A DNA stretch of 57,068 nt, the filler included, from Streblomastix strix (taxonomy: Eukaryota), in NCBI GenBank assembly GCA_008636045.1. It is 3 parts of 3 records of this genome, joined end to end, with 100 filler letters (N's around TTAATTAATTAA, not from the genome) between each part and the next. Parts side by side here need not be neighbours in the genome. Positions count along the whole stretch, not along the records: positions 19,076 to 38,029 come from SNRW01000557.1; 2 more parts are not named here. One strand, 5' to 3'. Of this stretch, positions 26,040 to 38,029 are shown piece after piece. A program made the position numbers and the translations under genes. The first letter of the stretch is position 1. Each line of letters opens with the position of its first letter. The notes under the pieces are model-generated. The model saw only the letters and a program-made list of their open reading frames with translations, had not been told where the DNA came from and did not search any database.

Positions 26040-27386
26040 TATGACTTAGCACTCGATGAAAGCACAAAAGACATAACTTCTGTTTCACCAGTATTTACGC
26101 CAAATTGAGTTGTAGTCTGGGCAAAACAAGTCAAGAAAATGTATGGTAATTAATTATTCAACAAATCAATATTCATGAATAGTGTCTACATGGTCTAAAT
26201 TTAAATACTGGGGAAAAAATTCTTAATATATAAATATATTTGCAAATAAAAAAGATAGAACAGAAGATTATATTGAAATTTCACCAGAAGCGATTTTATT
26301 CTATACGTATTGTCCAGAACGAAAGTTTCACAAAGAAACAAAATTACATATTGAAATTTTCTGTAAATATAATTAAACTTCAATTATATATTCAATGCAT
26401 GGCATATTAATAGCAAAGGAACATTCGAAACATCATCTCATGTGTAAGAAACTGTGAAAAAATAAACTTATTTAATTGCAACTGGATTGTTTGGAGATGT
26501 TAAAGTAAATTATTTGAATAGTGATATAAAATTTATGGATGAATTAGCAATCTATAAAGCGGATAGAGCAGCATTCTTCATTAAGAAAGGTCCATTTATT
26601 ACATTTAGTTTTGGTGCTAAATTAGGATAAATTATACAATAAACGAATTCAGAAAATCGATAAACAGTTCACAGATTATTTTCGACAATAAGTCAAAAAT
26701 TACTTCCTCCTAATACGAATTATATGCCAGTTTGTATTGAACAATAAGAGTATGCTGCTATTTGTCTCTTCAAAGATATATATAATAAATCATTAGCTGT
26801 AGAAGTAGCTGTAAGTGGAGTATTGAATAATTATGATTGTGAATTTTAAGGAACATATATACTCGATAATTATAAGAATCAAACTTCAATTGAAGAGCCA
26901 AATGCATTGCCAACTGATCCGTTAGAATCAAATTCTAGTATTGATGAAGTAATAATAAAACATGATGGATTATTATAATAATCAATAAAATAATTCACGA
27001 TAATAAATATATTCAATTAAATTTAACTTATTGCACCATTTGATCTTGGTGGGCATGTTTATAATACGTATTATATTGCTGATGATGGGACTTGCAGAGT
27101 ATGTGTATTCAATCCATATTTTGAAACGAAAGGATAAACTACAAGTACATAAGAGATTGGTAGAATTCCAGATGCGATATTACCAACTGATGGTAAAAGT
27201 ATGGGATTTCCTGCATCTATCTAAAGAAATTCGGGTGGATATATTAATTGGTTAAGCATGTATTATTTTGGATTCAATTAATAATATAAAATGTTATATT
27301 GCTTTTTGCAAAATGTTCAAGAAGTTATCCCCAAATCATCAACAGATGTTTATGAATATTGCTCAAGTGGAATGTATTACTTATGA
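26040..27386 (+). pseudogene. Putative fibre/receptor-binding-like viral protein (frameshifted 5' part)
   Basis: Open from ~26390 to TGA 27384-27386. Beta-rich, with IKKGPFITFSF...SQKLLPP and GTCRVCVF...IGRIPDAILP, reminiscent of tail-fibre head repeats. Confidence 0.4.
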
Positions 27387-27439
27387 AACATTGATTCGAT
27401 AAACTGATGCAAATACGTTTATTTTTGCGTATTAAAATC

Positions 27440-27769
27440 ATGGCACCGGGAACATTCAACATGCTAAAAAAATTAGTCTAAGTAGTAGGTAAAGGAGTCA
27501 GTTGTATGAATCATAAAGTAGTCAAACCAATAATGCCCATAACAAATGCACTTCTCTAATCTTTTAGACCAGCAGGAAGTATGGTGGCTAAAGGAATTAC
27601 CGTAGGATCATCCACAGTTGATGCACTATTCGGACCAAATAATTAATAATCAAAATAACAATTCAGATAAGATTTTAGGACATTCCGATAGGATGATTAC
27701 TTAAGGAAAAAGGCACCGATTGATATAATTAGTAAACGTATACAGCATCTTGGAGATGGATTTCAGTGA
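27440..27769 (+). CDS. Small basic protein with an N-terminal amphipathic helix (candidate membrane-lytic virion protein)
   Basis: MAPGTFNMLKKLVQVVGKGVSCMNHKVVKPIMPITNALLQSFRPAGSMVAKGITVGSS..., 109 aa, directly upstream of the putative MCP. Confidence 0.55.
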
Positions 27770-27822
27770 ATCATCATTCGAGTTAATTAACATTTAATCA
27801 GATTATTTTTGCGCAATTAAAC

Positions 27823-29545
27823 ATGAATCACCAACTTATGAAGACGCATATCCCAAAATCACAGGAGAACTTGTAAACAATTGAGAACTTGTTAAAGACA
27901 TTCGCATTTCAACCATTTTAGAACGATGGGGAGCACCATTTTTCAATCAAAGGAATCAAACCAGAATCAAAAATGCGATCGTTATTTGATAAGGAAGTTA
28001 TCATCAGTTTATCCGATTCTGATCATATTGTTACTCAAATATAAAATTCATTCCTTACACTTGAATTTAAAATGAATGTATTATTCGATAATAAATTTGA
28101 TAAATTTAATGAATCTTATAAAGCAGGTACTTTCATATTTGTTGGATTGAAGAATTCTGCTGAATTGATTAGAGAATATGTTCTATATCAAAGAGGAAAG
28201 ACAATTGATGGATCCCTTTAGAACGATTCAACAGCTGAATCATTTATTTATAATACTATCAAACCTAAATCAGAGAAAATTAATAATAGATTCGTTCATT
28301 CGCTCTATGAAAATGTTCGTAAAGATGATATATCCTGCTGTGGAAGATATCTAAGTATCAACGAAATTTCAAACGTATTAGCTCTTTAGTCAGCAATTCC
28401 ATATGTTATTCCAGTTAACTTCACAGTATCCATCCCCCTTGATGACTTACTCATTTTCTCAGCATTTTCTGAATATCCTAATAGTCTATTTGGTGATCTC
28501 AAAATGAGATTCAAAATTAATCCAAGTGCATTCGTATTTTGCTAAGTAGATCCAATAATTTTAATTGCAAAATATTATATAATTAATAAAGATGAATTAT
28601 TGAGTTCAGGTCAAGATAAGCTTAAGGATATTGATCTATTTTTCCGTAACTGGAGTCTCACATTCTAGTACACTAACATGTTCACAAAAATTGGATGCAC
28701 GGCAGATTTAATTACTGAGGTACGAGCTGAAGAACTAACACCTTCTGGACTAAAGAATCTGGTTTGTGACGTTAAACCAGTTATAATATCTGTAAGAAAT
28801 TATGTTATTGAAACTGTTGTAGCAAATATGAGTGGATATAAAGTATCAGAAACTTGTCTTAATAGAGTCCGTTAATTTTATTAAAATCGTCCATATGCTG
28901 TTTCTGCATAGCGTATTGAATCATAGGTATTTCCAAGTGCAGATTCATCTGCTGGAATAAAAACTACTTAAAATATACCTCTTTGTCATGTTACTGATAT
29001 GTGCTTATTATTCCCAATGGATGCTAGACATGTTACTTGTTATGAAAATCCATGCTATTTTGATTCATTGATTACTAAAATGAATAGAAAATTTTTCAGA
29101 TTTTGCAATGAATACCCTTAGCGAATAATTTTTCACAATGCAATTATAAGCCAATAATCTTGATAAAATTTTCGAAGCATGTGATGAATATGAAGATTCA
29201 TTCGCTACTCCAAGGGCTAATAAAACACGAAGATACATTCCAATTAAAAATTATACATCATTCATCATAACTATATGATGTGAACGTTATAGCAACGGTG
29301 CATTGACATTTGATGGATTAGATTCTAAGAACTAGAATACACTAATTGAATTAAAAGGACATCAAATATTTGTTGGAGATGTTGATACATACTTTAACGT
29401 TGATACTAATGGAAAACATCCACCTCCTCCAATTCTGTGCACAGTGCATGATACCTTCTGGCTCTTTAGCCCTGCAAGTGGAGGATCTCGCATATATGAT
29501 ACAACTTATTCATTTGATTAAGTTATTAGTTAGGTTACTCCTTGA
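27823..29545 (+). pseudogene. Putative major capsid protein (double jelly-roll), one frameshift
   Basis: ~570-codon beta-rich ORF: NSFLTLEF...IFVGLKNSAELIREYVLY...SIPLDDLLIFSAFSEYPNSLFGDL...LCTVHDTFWLFS. Frameshift near 29095 and TGA near 29276. The MCP call rests on size, composition and context. Confidence 0.6.
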
Positions 29546-29574
29546 TATCAATAGTACATTATTTTTGGTTTAAA

Positions 29575-29949
29575 ATGCCATTTGATAAGATTTCAGCTCC
29601 GAATGTAAAACGCTTCATAATAATGTAGGATGATTGAACGTATGTAGATGGAATGTTTAAAGTATAAATTCTTTATGATTTTGTTAACTCAAATAATTAA
29701 TGAAAAATAATATTCGTATAATGTAAGATTCATAATATTCCTGATATTGTTTCTATTCATTCAACACTAGTATGAGATGAACAATATTATGATAGTTTTG
29801 TTGGTTTTTGTAATGAAACTAAATCAATTATTGAATTTTAATAAATGAATCATTAGCCAAGTATGTTGATTTTGCTCAAAAATAATATGAATTAGAATGT
29901 ATCATAAACGGATATAAAATTTGTTCTTGAATTAATGCTTCAATATTGA
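29575..29949 (+). pseudogene. Putative minor capsid (penton-like) protein
   Basis: Follows the MCP. Reads SIHSTLV*DEQYYDSFVGFCNE...FVLELMLQY-TGA, with three internal TGA. Confidence 0.4.
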
Positions 29950-30127
29950 TTGTGAATTATTTTTAAATAATCAAGGGGAGAATATTCCCCCTCAACTTTT
30001 GTGGAGATTAATGGTCAAATTATCAGTTTAATTGACCAGCTAAATGTACCCTCTCGATTTATTTTTCAAATATTAATAAATAATCGTTATTTTAATTTAC
30101 TAATCCAACTTTTTTTGCTGATCAAAA

Positions 30128-30979
30128 ATGGCATCGACTGCATCAACAACTTAAATCGTCTCAAACAATGAAACTTTCACAATCGGCTAATACAACGGAT
30201 TTGAGATAATTATTCGTGAAAAAGATAGTTTCATAAATGCAACAAAACTAGTTCAAATTATTAATTAAAGAGAGCATACAAATAAGTAAATCAAGAAAAC
30301 TGTTCAATCAATAATGTATTGGGATTATAAGTAACTTTTATCGGAAAATTCTGTCGGGTAAAATTTTACCCAACAACTTTTTGACTATTAATTAAACAGT
30401 AATTTCAGCAATAATGTTAGAGGAACATATGTACATAAAGAATTATTAAATATTGTTTGTATGAAGGCATGCATCAATCACTTACATTAAGTTACTAAGA
30501 TAATGGACAAAATTAATGAAACATCTATTGCAGAACATGAAGCAGATAAAATATAAGCAATAGCAGATTAATTTCATAGTGTAATGAATATAGTTATCGA
30601 TACGCTATCTAATCAAATAACAGAATTGAATTCAGATTTAAATTCATTAATTCCAGGTGCAGTTCCAAAAGGTAAATAGAGAAGCTTTTGCTTAATAGTT
30701 GAAGAAGTCCATTAATATGATGATTAAATAAAGATTCAAATTAGAAGAAAAATGAAGAAAACTATTAGCAAAGGATTAATTGAAGACTATAAACATGATA
30801 CATCATTGTTTATCGATAATCTTTCAATTTCTACAACAATTAATGAAGTCATTAAAGAACAGCTATCAAATAGAGTTGGAATGAAGATAAAAGCAACTAA
30901 ATATTCATTTTCAAATGAATAATTAGATGATTTAATCGAACAAATTAATTAGATAGCAAATGAAGTTTAGGATGTATGA
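30128..30979 (+). CDS. KilA-N domain protein
   Basis: ETFTIGQYNGFEIIIREKDSFINATKLV...VRGTYVHKELLNIVCM. Open 283-aa frame under TAR=Gln. Confidence 0.85.
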
Positions 30980-31005
30980 GCATAATTTATTTTTGTTTAA
31001 TTGAA

Positions 31006-31410
31006 ATGTCTCGTATACTATTTGATAGTGAGCTATTTAAAAACCATAAATCCTATGATAAAATCTAATAATTATCTGAACTAAAAATAATCAAAAAAAC
31101 TGATGTACAACCATTGACATTTGATTCGACTGATGAATTCCATTAATATTATGCAGCTAATAAAGAATCTACTGATAAGATGCCAACTATAAAATTAAAC
31201 AAACAATATAAAATAGAAGGGAATATCTTCATAAAATATAATGAATAAATTGCATTCAAATAAGCAAAACATAAGTTATCTGAACAAATTAAACTTGCCA
31301 ATCTATAAGAATAAATCAAAGAAATAAATGCAAAATTAACATATTTAATTAGCTTATTTGAATAAAAATAGTAATCAATATCGTATTAAGAAGATGAGTA
31401 CGTTCATTGA
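31006..31410 (+). CDS. Hypothetical Maverick-type small protein
   Basis: Open 134-aa frame containing FDSTDEFHQYYAANKESTDKMPTIKLNKQYKIEG and a C-terminal coiled coil. It resembles small proteins of metamonad Mavericks (recalled, unverified). Confidence 0.6.
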
Positions 31411-32184
31411 TCATATTACTCGTACCATTGTTCCATCATTATAATATTATACTAGTAATGCATCTTGTTTGCCTAATTGCACGTATTCATTCCATATAGT
31501 TTCCTTATCTATTGGAAGACTTGATTAATAGAAGAATAAGTTGAATTTTTATCTATTAAATCCACCAAAAAAGTAAATTGTATCCACATTAGATTTAATA
31601 CTAGCATCTAACCCAATTATATCTTGCATGCATAGGAAATAAGTGATTCTTGGCTATTTATTTTTGAATAATTTCTTGTATAATGGATCGTTTATATTTT
31701 TAACGATACTCATTACATCATCGAACAGCACTATTGTATGTGGAAATTTGATAGAAAAGTCCTTTGCTCCAATATGAGATAGTATATCTTTCTTCGATTC
31801 TTCTTTCATTTGTTTCTCTAATTTATATTCAATAACGTCATCATAGGCCTTCTTACATTCAATCAATTCATCTAATGCTTCATTCACTTCTGCATAAGGT
31901 CCTATCTTTGTAAGTATTTTTATTAAATCTTTCATTTTCTTCTAAGTTATATTATTATTGCTATCAGTAACATATATAAACAATGTGTAGCATTTATTAG
32001 GCAATAAGCTCAATTTGATTAGATTTTTGAATATATTATATGACTTACCGCTTTCACGTTATCTTATGAGCAAATTGATAGAATTATATGAGAAATTTAG
32101 TTCATCTTGAATGATTGGTTGTACCTCATGTTCATTGGTTTTTTATTTATTATGTAATTGATCTACATATGCTGTAAAGGACAT
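31411..32184 (-). CDS. A32/FtsK-HerA-like DNA packaging ATPase (Walker A decayed)
   Basis: NLLIRQRESGKSY (from GxxGxGK), Walker B HTIVLFDD, KNKQPRITYFLCMQD, IKSNVDTIYFFGGF. 257 aa open. Confidence 0.85.
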
Positions 32185-32209
32185 TTGTTTGTTATTAATT
32201 ATTTCATTC

Positions 32210-32600
32210 ACTTATGAATCTTTTCTTGTTACCAAAATAAGTTCTAAAGAGTTAAACAATGAAATTATAGATATTTGAAGAAATGCTACGGGTAATGATG
32301 AATTCTTTAATGAACTAGGTAATGCGGAGCAAAATGTACAAAATTAACATAGATATAAAGGTCATAAAAGTGCATAAGAATAATTAACTATATTACAAGA
32401 AACAGCTGAAGCATTCCGAAGAGTTTAATAAAAATATTATACCCCAATATTATAAATGACTCCAAATCCTTTACAAACTTATATTGCTAGTAAACCTTAA
32501 ATAATAACTTAAAATCCACTAGCATAATCACAACAGTTTTAATAACAAACATAATAGCCTAGAGAATAATTGATAGAATAATTATAATAACCAATTTTTA
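32210..32600 (+). pseudogene. Hypothetical viral ORF remnant
   Basis: Protein-like frame TYESFLVTKISSKELNNEIIDI*RNATGNDEFF... with a Gln/Pro-rich tail. Start and stop unclear. Confidence 0.35.
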
Positions 32601-32614
32601 TCTAAAACTAAAAC

Positions 32615-33544
32615 ATGGCTTAAGCGTAATAATCAAAATTTCAAAGTTAGTAAGCAGAATAGGGATAACCGTTAACAGCAAAATAATAAGCAACAGTTGA
32701 TAAAATGAAGGCTGGTGCGGCAAGAAAACGTATAAATCTCGGATAAGCATTTAGTGATACATAACTTGCTGCGTTAACAGAAATATTAGGTGTAAAAAAA
32801 TTAAAACATTGAGATACTAAATAAAATAAAGAATTGAGAACTTTACCTTCTGCATAAGCTTATTTCGGTAGAAGGAAAAGCATGGCTGGTTGGAGAGTTA
32901 GAAATGGTGAACCAGATTGAGAAGGACCATTGACTAGCTTTGCAACTGTTTACACTGCAAAAGGAAAGCTATATTCTATGGGCATAAATATTCCAAAACT
33001 TGAAAGTAAATATGATAGTTTCCAAGAAGATTATATACGTAATGTACCAAAAGGCTAACGTAAAACTGCGAAATTCTTTGATTTTATGAAAGAGAAATAA
33101 GTTCCATATGGAAAGGGTAAAGTTCCAACTAATTATTAAAGATTGAATCCACATCAACATTACATGTCAGCGTATGTTCCAACCATGGCTGAAGAATTTA
33201 ATCAAACTAATGGATGCGATTTATGAAAACTTAAAGGTGCATACATGTATGTTGCGGCAGCAGCTTGGGATTTAATTGTAAGACATCTATTGAAAATTAT
33301 TGATACATAAATAAATTGAGATGCAGCATGTAATGAAACTGTCAAACAAGCATCAAGAGTGTATAAGAATGAAATTGCAGCTAAATATTTCGGAATGGTT
33401 GTTGATGATGAAATGGCATTGGTAACAAATTTTGGAAACTAATATAATAATGTAGCTCATGTTGCATATCGTGAAAAGTAATCTAAATAACTATAGTTTG
33501 GATATGAGGCTCCAGTATCGTAAATGGAAACAGATGGAGAATGA
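32615..33544 (+). CDS. Hypothetical viral protein (~309 codons, four internal TGA)
   Basis: MAQAQQSKF...KMKAGAARKRINLG...GWRVRNG...METDGE-TGA. The frame is kept throughout, with TGA at 32810, 32918, 33224 and 33317. Confidence 0.6.
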
Positions 33545-33580
33545 ACAATGTTATGATAATATTATTTTTGAATTAACAAA

Positions 33581-36500
33581 ATGATTCGAACGAAGCTATC
33601 AATTGCAGACATTAATCGGCTTCTCTAATTATACGATCCAAACACAAACATGAATGTGAATCATAAGTAAAAGAGATCAAATTTAAGTTCAGTACTGACA
33701 AAGATCGGATTCTATGGCTAATGTAAAAACGTTAATGCTGTGGAGTAAGCGATCAATGCAGTAGTTTCACGTAATATATATATGAAACAATCCAAAGCAG
33801 CAACTATTATATAAAATCTTGTTCGAAAGTGGTTCAATTAACGAGAATAATAACGATTAGCACGAGAATAATAGATATTAAAAGAATAAGAATAATTATA
33901 AAAATAACGTGAATTCAACATAAAAGAATTAAGAGAAGAGCTTGTTCCAGAATTATTAGATGAAGAAGGTATATTCGATCCAGAACGAAATAGATAATAG
34001 TAGCATTAATTAAGAGCATAAGAGATAGAAGAACTTATGAGAAAATAAGATGACGATAGACAAGTAAGATAAGCATAATTATTAGACGAATTACATAATA
34101 TAGAGGATATGAATATCGATATACTAATCGAAATAGACTAATAAAAAATAGTGATTACATAAAAACTCATGAAAATATGTGTATCATCATCTAAATACAG
34201 ATAATGATGTGATAGTGCTATGTGACGTATAAAATGAAGTGTAATTCAATTGGATTAAGTACATTGCATTAAATCTGTATAATAAAGAAACAGGTACTCT
34301 TTCACATAAATCATATAATTTATCATCAATTAATTAAACGAAACCAACTAAATAATATTATAATAATATTGCTTCATAGGCTGATTTAGATAAGCACTTA
34401 GACTCTGTATACGATAAAGAAAAAGGTAACGTTTTTAAATTAGCTGTTGATTTTGGAGTGCTAATTGAATGTGTTGATGGAAATAATGAAGATTAAACAA
34501 ATAAATACAAATAAATACTTCTAGTAGATGCAAGTTCAGAAAGAAGAGCACCATTAGAGAGACGATCTAGAGATAACATTAATATGTACAAGTAATAATT
34601 TCGAACAGTTGTAGTAAGCATGTAAGAGAGAACAAACACAGAAACGCATGAAAAAATAGTATAAATATTCTTAATAATGCTTTTTATATTTCGATATCCA
34701 CTAGTAGGTGCAGCTATTCTTTCAATAAAGTAGCATATTAAACGAAAAGAGATTTATTATATTGATTAAAAGGTAAATTTATGCTTTAGAACAGCGTATA
34801 CATTCATCACAATACCTAATTCAAAGGATAAACGTTGGAAAAATTGTTCAAGAATCGCTGAAGCTAAGGGTATATTTTCAAGAGTAAATGAAGTGGAGTT
34901 TCGAGAAAATTATTAAGGATTCGATTTCGTAGCAGATATTGATAACTTCATTAATAATGTATAGTTTAATGTGCACATGTGTACATTTGAAGATAATCCA
35001 CCACATTATGAACTTACATAAAATTATCTCGTTAATGATTCAGACAAGTAGTTCAATATCCTATTCATAAATGGTGCTATTAACGCTCACATTATGTATA
35101 TATCTGATGTAGAAGCACTAACTGAGTTCCGTTATTGCAATATATGTCATAAATAAGCATTTAGAATAGGATATACAAATCTATAATAGTCAATAAAAAA
35201 TCATATGAAAAAATGTCGAAAGAATGGTGGGAAAATAGTGAAGAAAGTTACCTTAGAAAATTTTGCAAAACCGTTTGTTCCTCATATTTTATCTAACAAG
35301 ACTTATAAGTATCTATTTGCGAATAATTTAATTCATTTGTTCAAACTTACAAGATATTTCATAACATATGATATTGAAACATTAGAAAAGAAAGTTAATG
35401 AAACATTTGGTGATAATTCATAAGTTACTGCAACAATAATTCCATACGCTATTGCATCTTCTATCAAATTGGCTAGCGGTATCCATTCATTTTATTACGA
35501 TATTCGTACTGAAGATTACTTAGATAAGTGGTGATAGTAAGTATTTGAAGAGGTGAAATAAGTTAATAAAGATAATAAATATATAGATGAAACAATCCCA
35601 TGATATTATGAAGTACCTGTAATTGGGTTCAATTCAGCAAAATTTGGTACATCTATTATATTCAAGAATTTGAAATCAAAAGATTGGACTATCTCGAAGT
35701 ATTTAAGTTAAAACACAATCGCAAAATAGATAATTGTCAAGCATTAGTCTTCAAGCATTCATTTGAAATTCGTTGATTTTTAGATCTATTCTATGCAAAA
35801 TAAGTTGAAAGATGCTGTAAGAGATTTTGGGAATGGATATTATAAGAAAGATCGTTTTCCTCATGAATTTATAAATACTAATAATTATTTGAATGAATTG
35901 AATAAATGTGAACCATTTCCAATCGAAGTTTTTGATAATAAATTACGAAATAAGAAGCTTAGTGAAGATAAGTACAAAGACTATCTAGTCGTAGAAGCTA
36001 AATACAAATCACAATGGGATTATTTGAAGCATTATAATATATTAGATACTAGAGTTCTTATTAAACCAATAGATTACCTGATTTATTTAATGTTCAAATA
36101 TATAATGGACATGTTAGCCAATATATCTATGTCTTAATGCTTTAATGCAATCAAATATTCTATGGCATATCATGGCTTTGATACTAATGGAGATTTTTGT
36201 TATGAAAGCACGGATAAATCAATCGAAATCATATAGTGTAATTGAAAAGTTAAAGTGGATAGTTGTACTGAATAAGATAATAAGAAACGTAGAGATTCAA
36301 GTAATAATGTAACGATTGATGATTATGACTATTTTAAAGAATTATTCGAGAAATAACAATGCCATATGTGCAAAGCACGATTTATATGGAAGATTAGGCT
36401 CACACTAGATAGAATAGATAATAGCAAAGGACATTCAATAGATAATGTAATTCCATGCTGTTTGTATTGTAATATTTGCAAAGCTAACCATGATGAAAAA

Positions 36501-37725
36501 TAAGTGAAACTAATGGTATAATTAAAGAAATATGCGTTATTTAAACAATTATCCATGACATTAACGAGTGATGAAGGATATAAATTACTGCGTAAAGGTA
36601 TTACAAGAGGTATATCAAATGTGATGCATAGATACAATATTGCAGGAGAAACGAGAACTAATCACTTCGAATTTGATTAAGAAAATAAATGTATGTATTC
36701 AATAGATTCAGATTATGTGATGACTCATGTAGTTTATTTAGATTTTCATAGCTAATATCCAAGTGTTATGAGCGGTGAACCGAATGTGTTAAATCCATAC
36801 ATTAATCACAAAATATATGTGCCTGCATAACTTATTGAAAAAATTAATGATTAAGATAGATGCAAAACTCTAATATTTGATAAAAAAAGATTCTCTAAAG
36901 ATTCATTAGTAGTCGATAAAATGTTAATATTTGTTGCTTAGATTAGGGGTCATGTTGATGAAAAATATTTGTATAAAGTTATTAACTAAGGTTCAATTTT
37001 AAGAAATATTAATATCACAACTAACAAAGAGACAATTGGTTAATTTATGTTCAATCATCTAGTCGATAACTAACTTCCGCATGATAAAACTGAACGTAAA
37101 TTAACAAATTTAGAGGATACCAATAATGAAGTAATGCCATTTAATAATTACTATCTGTGGTTACTTATAGATACATGTTATCTAGTAATAGATGAGATAG
37201 TCAGTGTAACCACTTTTACGAAACATACTAATTTCAGCCCATTCGTGAAAGAATTTATGAATCATCGATAGCAAGCGAAAGATGCTAAAAATGAAAGATT
37301 AGGATAATTCTGAAAGTTAATATTGAATTCAGCATTTGGAGGCGATGCATTGAATAGTGAAAAATATTTAAATACGAGATTACTCTCTGCAAATATGACA
37401 TTCATATAGCATATGATGAATAGTCTTATTCATTTTACTGAATTAAATGATGATTTATATGCAGTGTAAGTTGATAAGGAAAACTGTCGTTGCAATACAT
37501 GTTTACAAGTTGCTTACTTCGTACTTGATTCTGCGAAATTTTGGTATGTTAATTTCATATATTATTTTATGTGTAAGGGGTATGATATGAATAAGATGCA
37601 TTTTGTGCATAGAGATACTGTTTGATTAACTTGGACAATTAGTGGAAACATAAATTGTGGTCCAGAACAGTTATTTGAAGAAGTCATCAAAGACTAAGGG
37701 TTCTTTGACAGATACAAAGATTGTG
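33581..37725 (+). pseudogene. Protein-primed family B DNA polymerase with HNH-like insertion; decayed and 3'-interrupted
   Basis: Exo I YFITYDIET, Exo II VIGFNSAKF, KDRFPHEF, Exo III YNILDTRVL. Insertion CHMC...TLDRIDNSKGHSIDNVIPCCLYCN. Motif A LDFHSQYPS (36738-36764), motif B KLILNSAFG (~37314), decayed motif C HRDTV*L (~37610). Frameshifts near 34150-34350. Confidence 0.9.
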
Positions 37726-38029
37726 TGTTAGTAGTTAGTATAAATGAAGACCGCCCTCACATATAAAACTAACATCATTTGCCTAAGCCACAAACACGTC
37801 AACATTGATGCATAGAAATCATGTAAAATATGTCCTAAATTATTAGGATTCTTGAATGTTGCAATTTATTGCTTGATATTAGTTTTAAAAGATACTTTGA
37901 ATGATCAAAATAATTAACTGGGTTGTGGAGATTGATGAAATAATTGAATGATTGCATGAATGAGATGCGCTGTTGAAGATGAATGCTAAATTACAATGTC
38001 TGATTAATGATTGGATTAATGATTGGATT
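37726..38029. mobile_element. TGT..ACA MITE copy inserted into pPolB (truncated by the contig end)
   Basis: Starts TGTTAGTAGTTAGTATAAATG. About 300 bp align to the reverse complement of 39170-39480 (e.g. CTAAATTATTAGGATTCTTGAAT, AATGATCAAAATAATT, GCTGTTGAAGATGAATGC). Confidence 0.8.

Larger units (their letters stand above)
25990..37725 (+). mobile_element. Endogenous Polinton/Maverick-like virus (decaying; right end interrupted by a MITE and the contig end)
   Basis: Compact, apparently intronless gene array with pPolB, an A32-like ATPase, KilA-N, a capsid-sized beta-rich ORF and other small ORFs. Left boundary approximate; no TIR or integrase seen. Confidence 0.85.
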
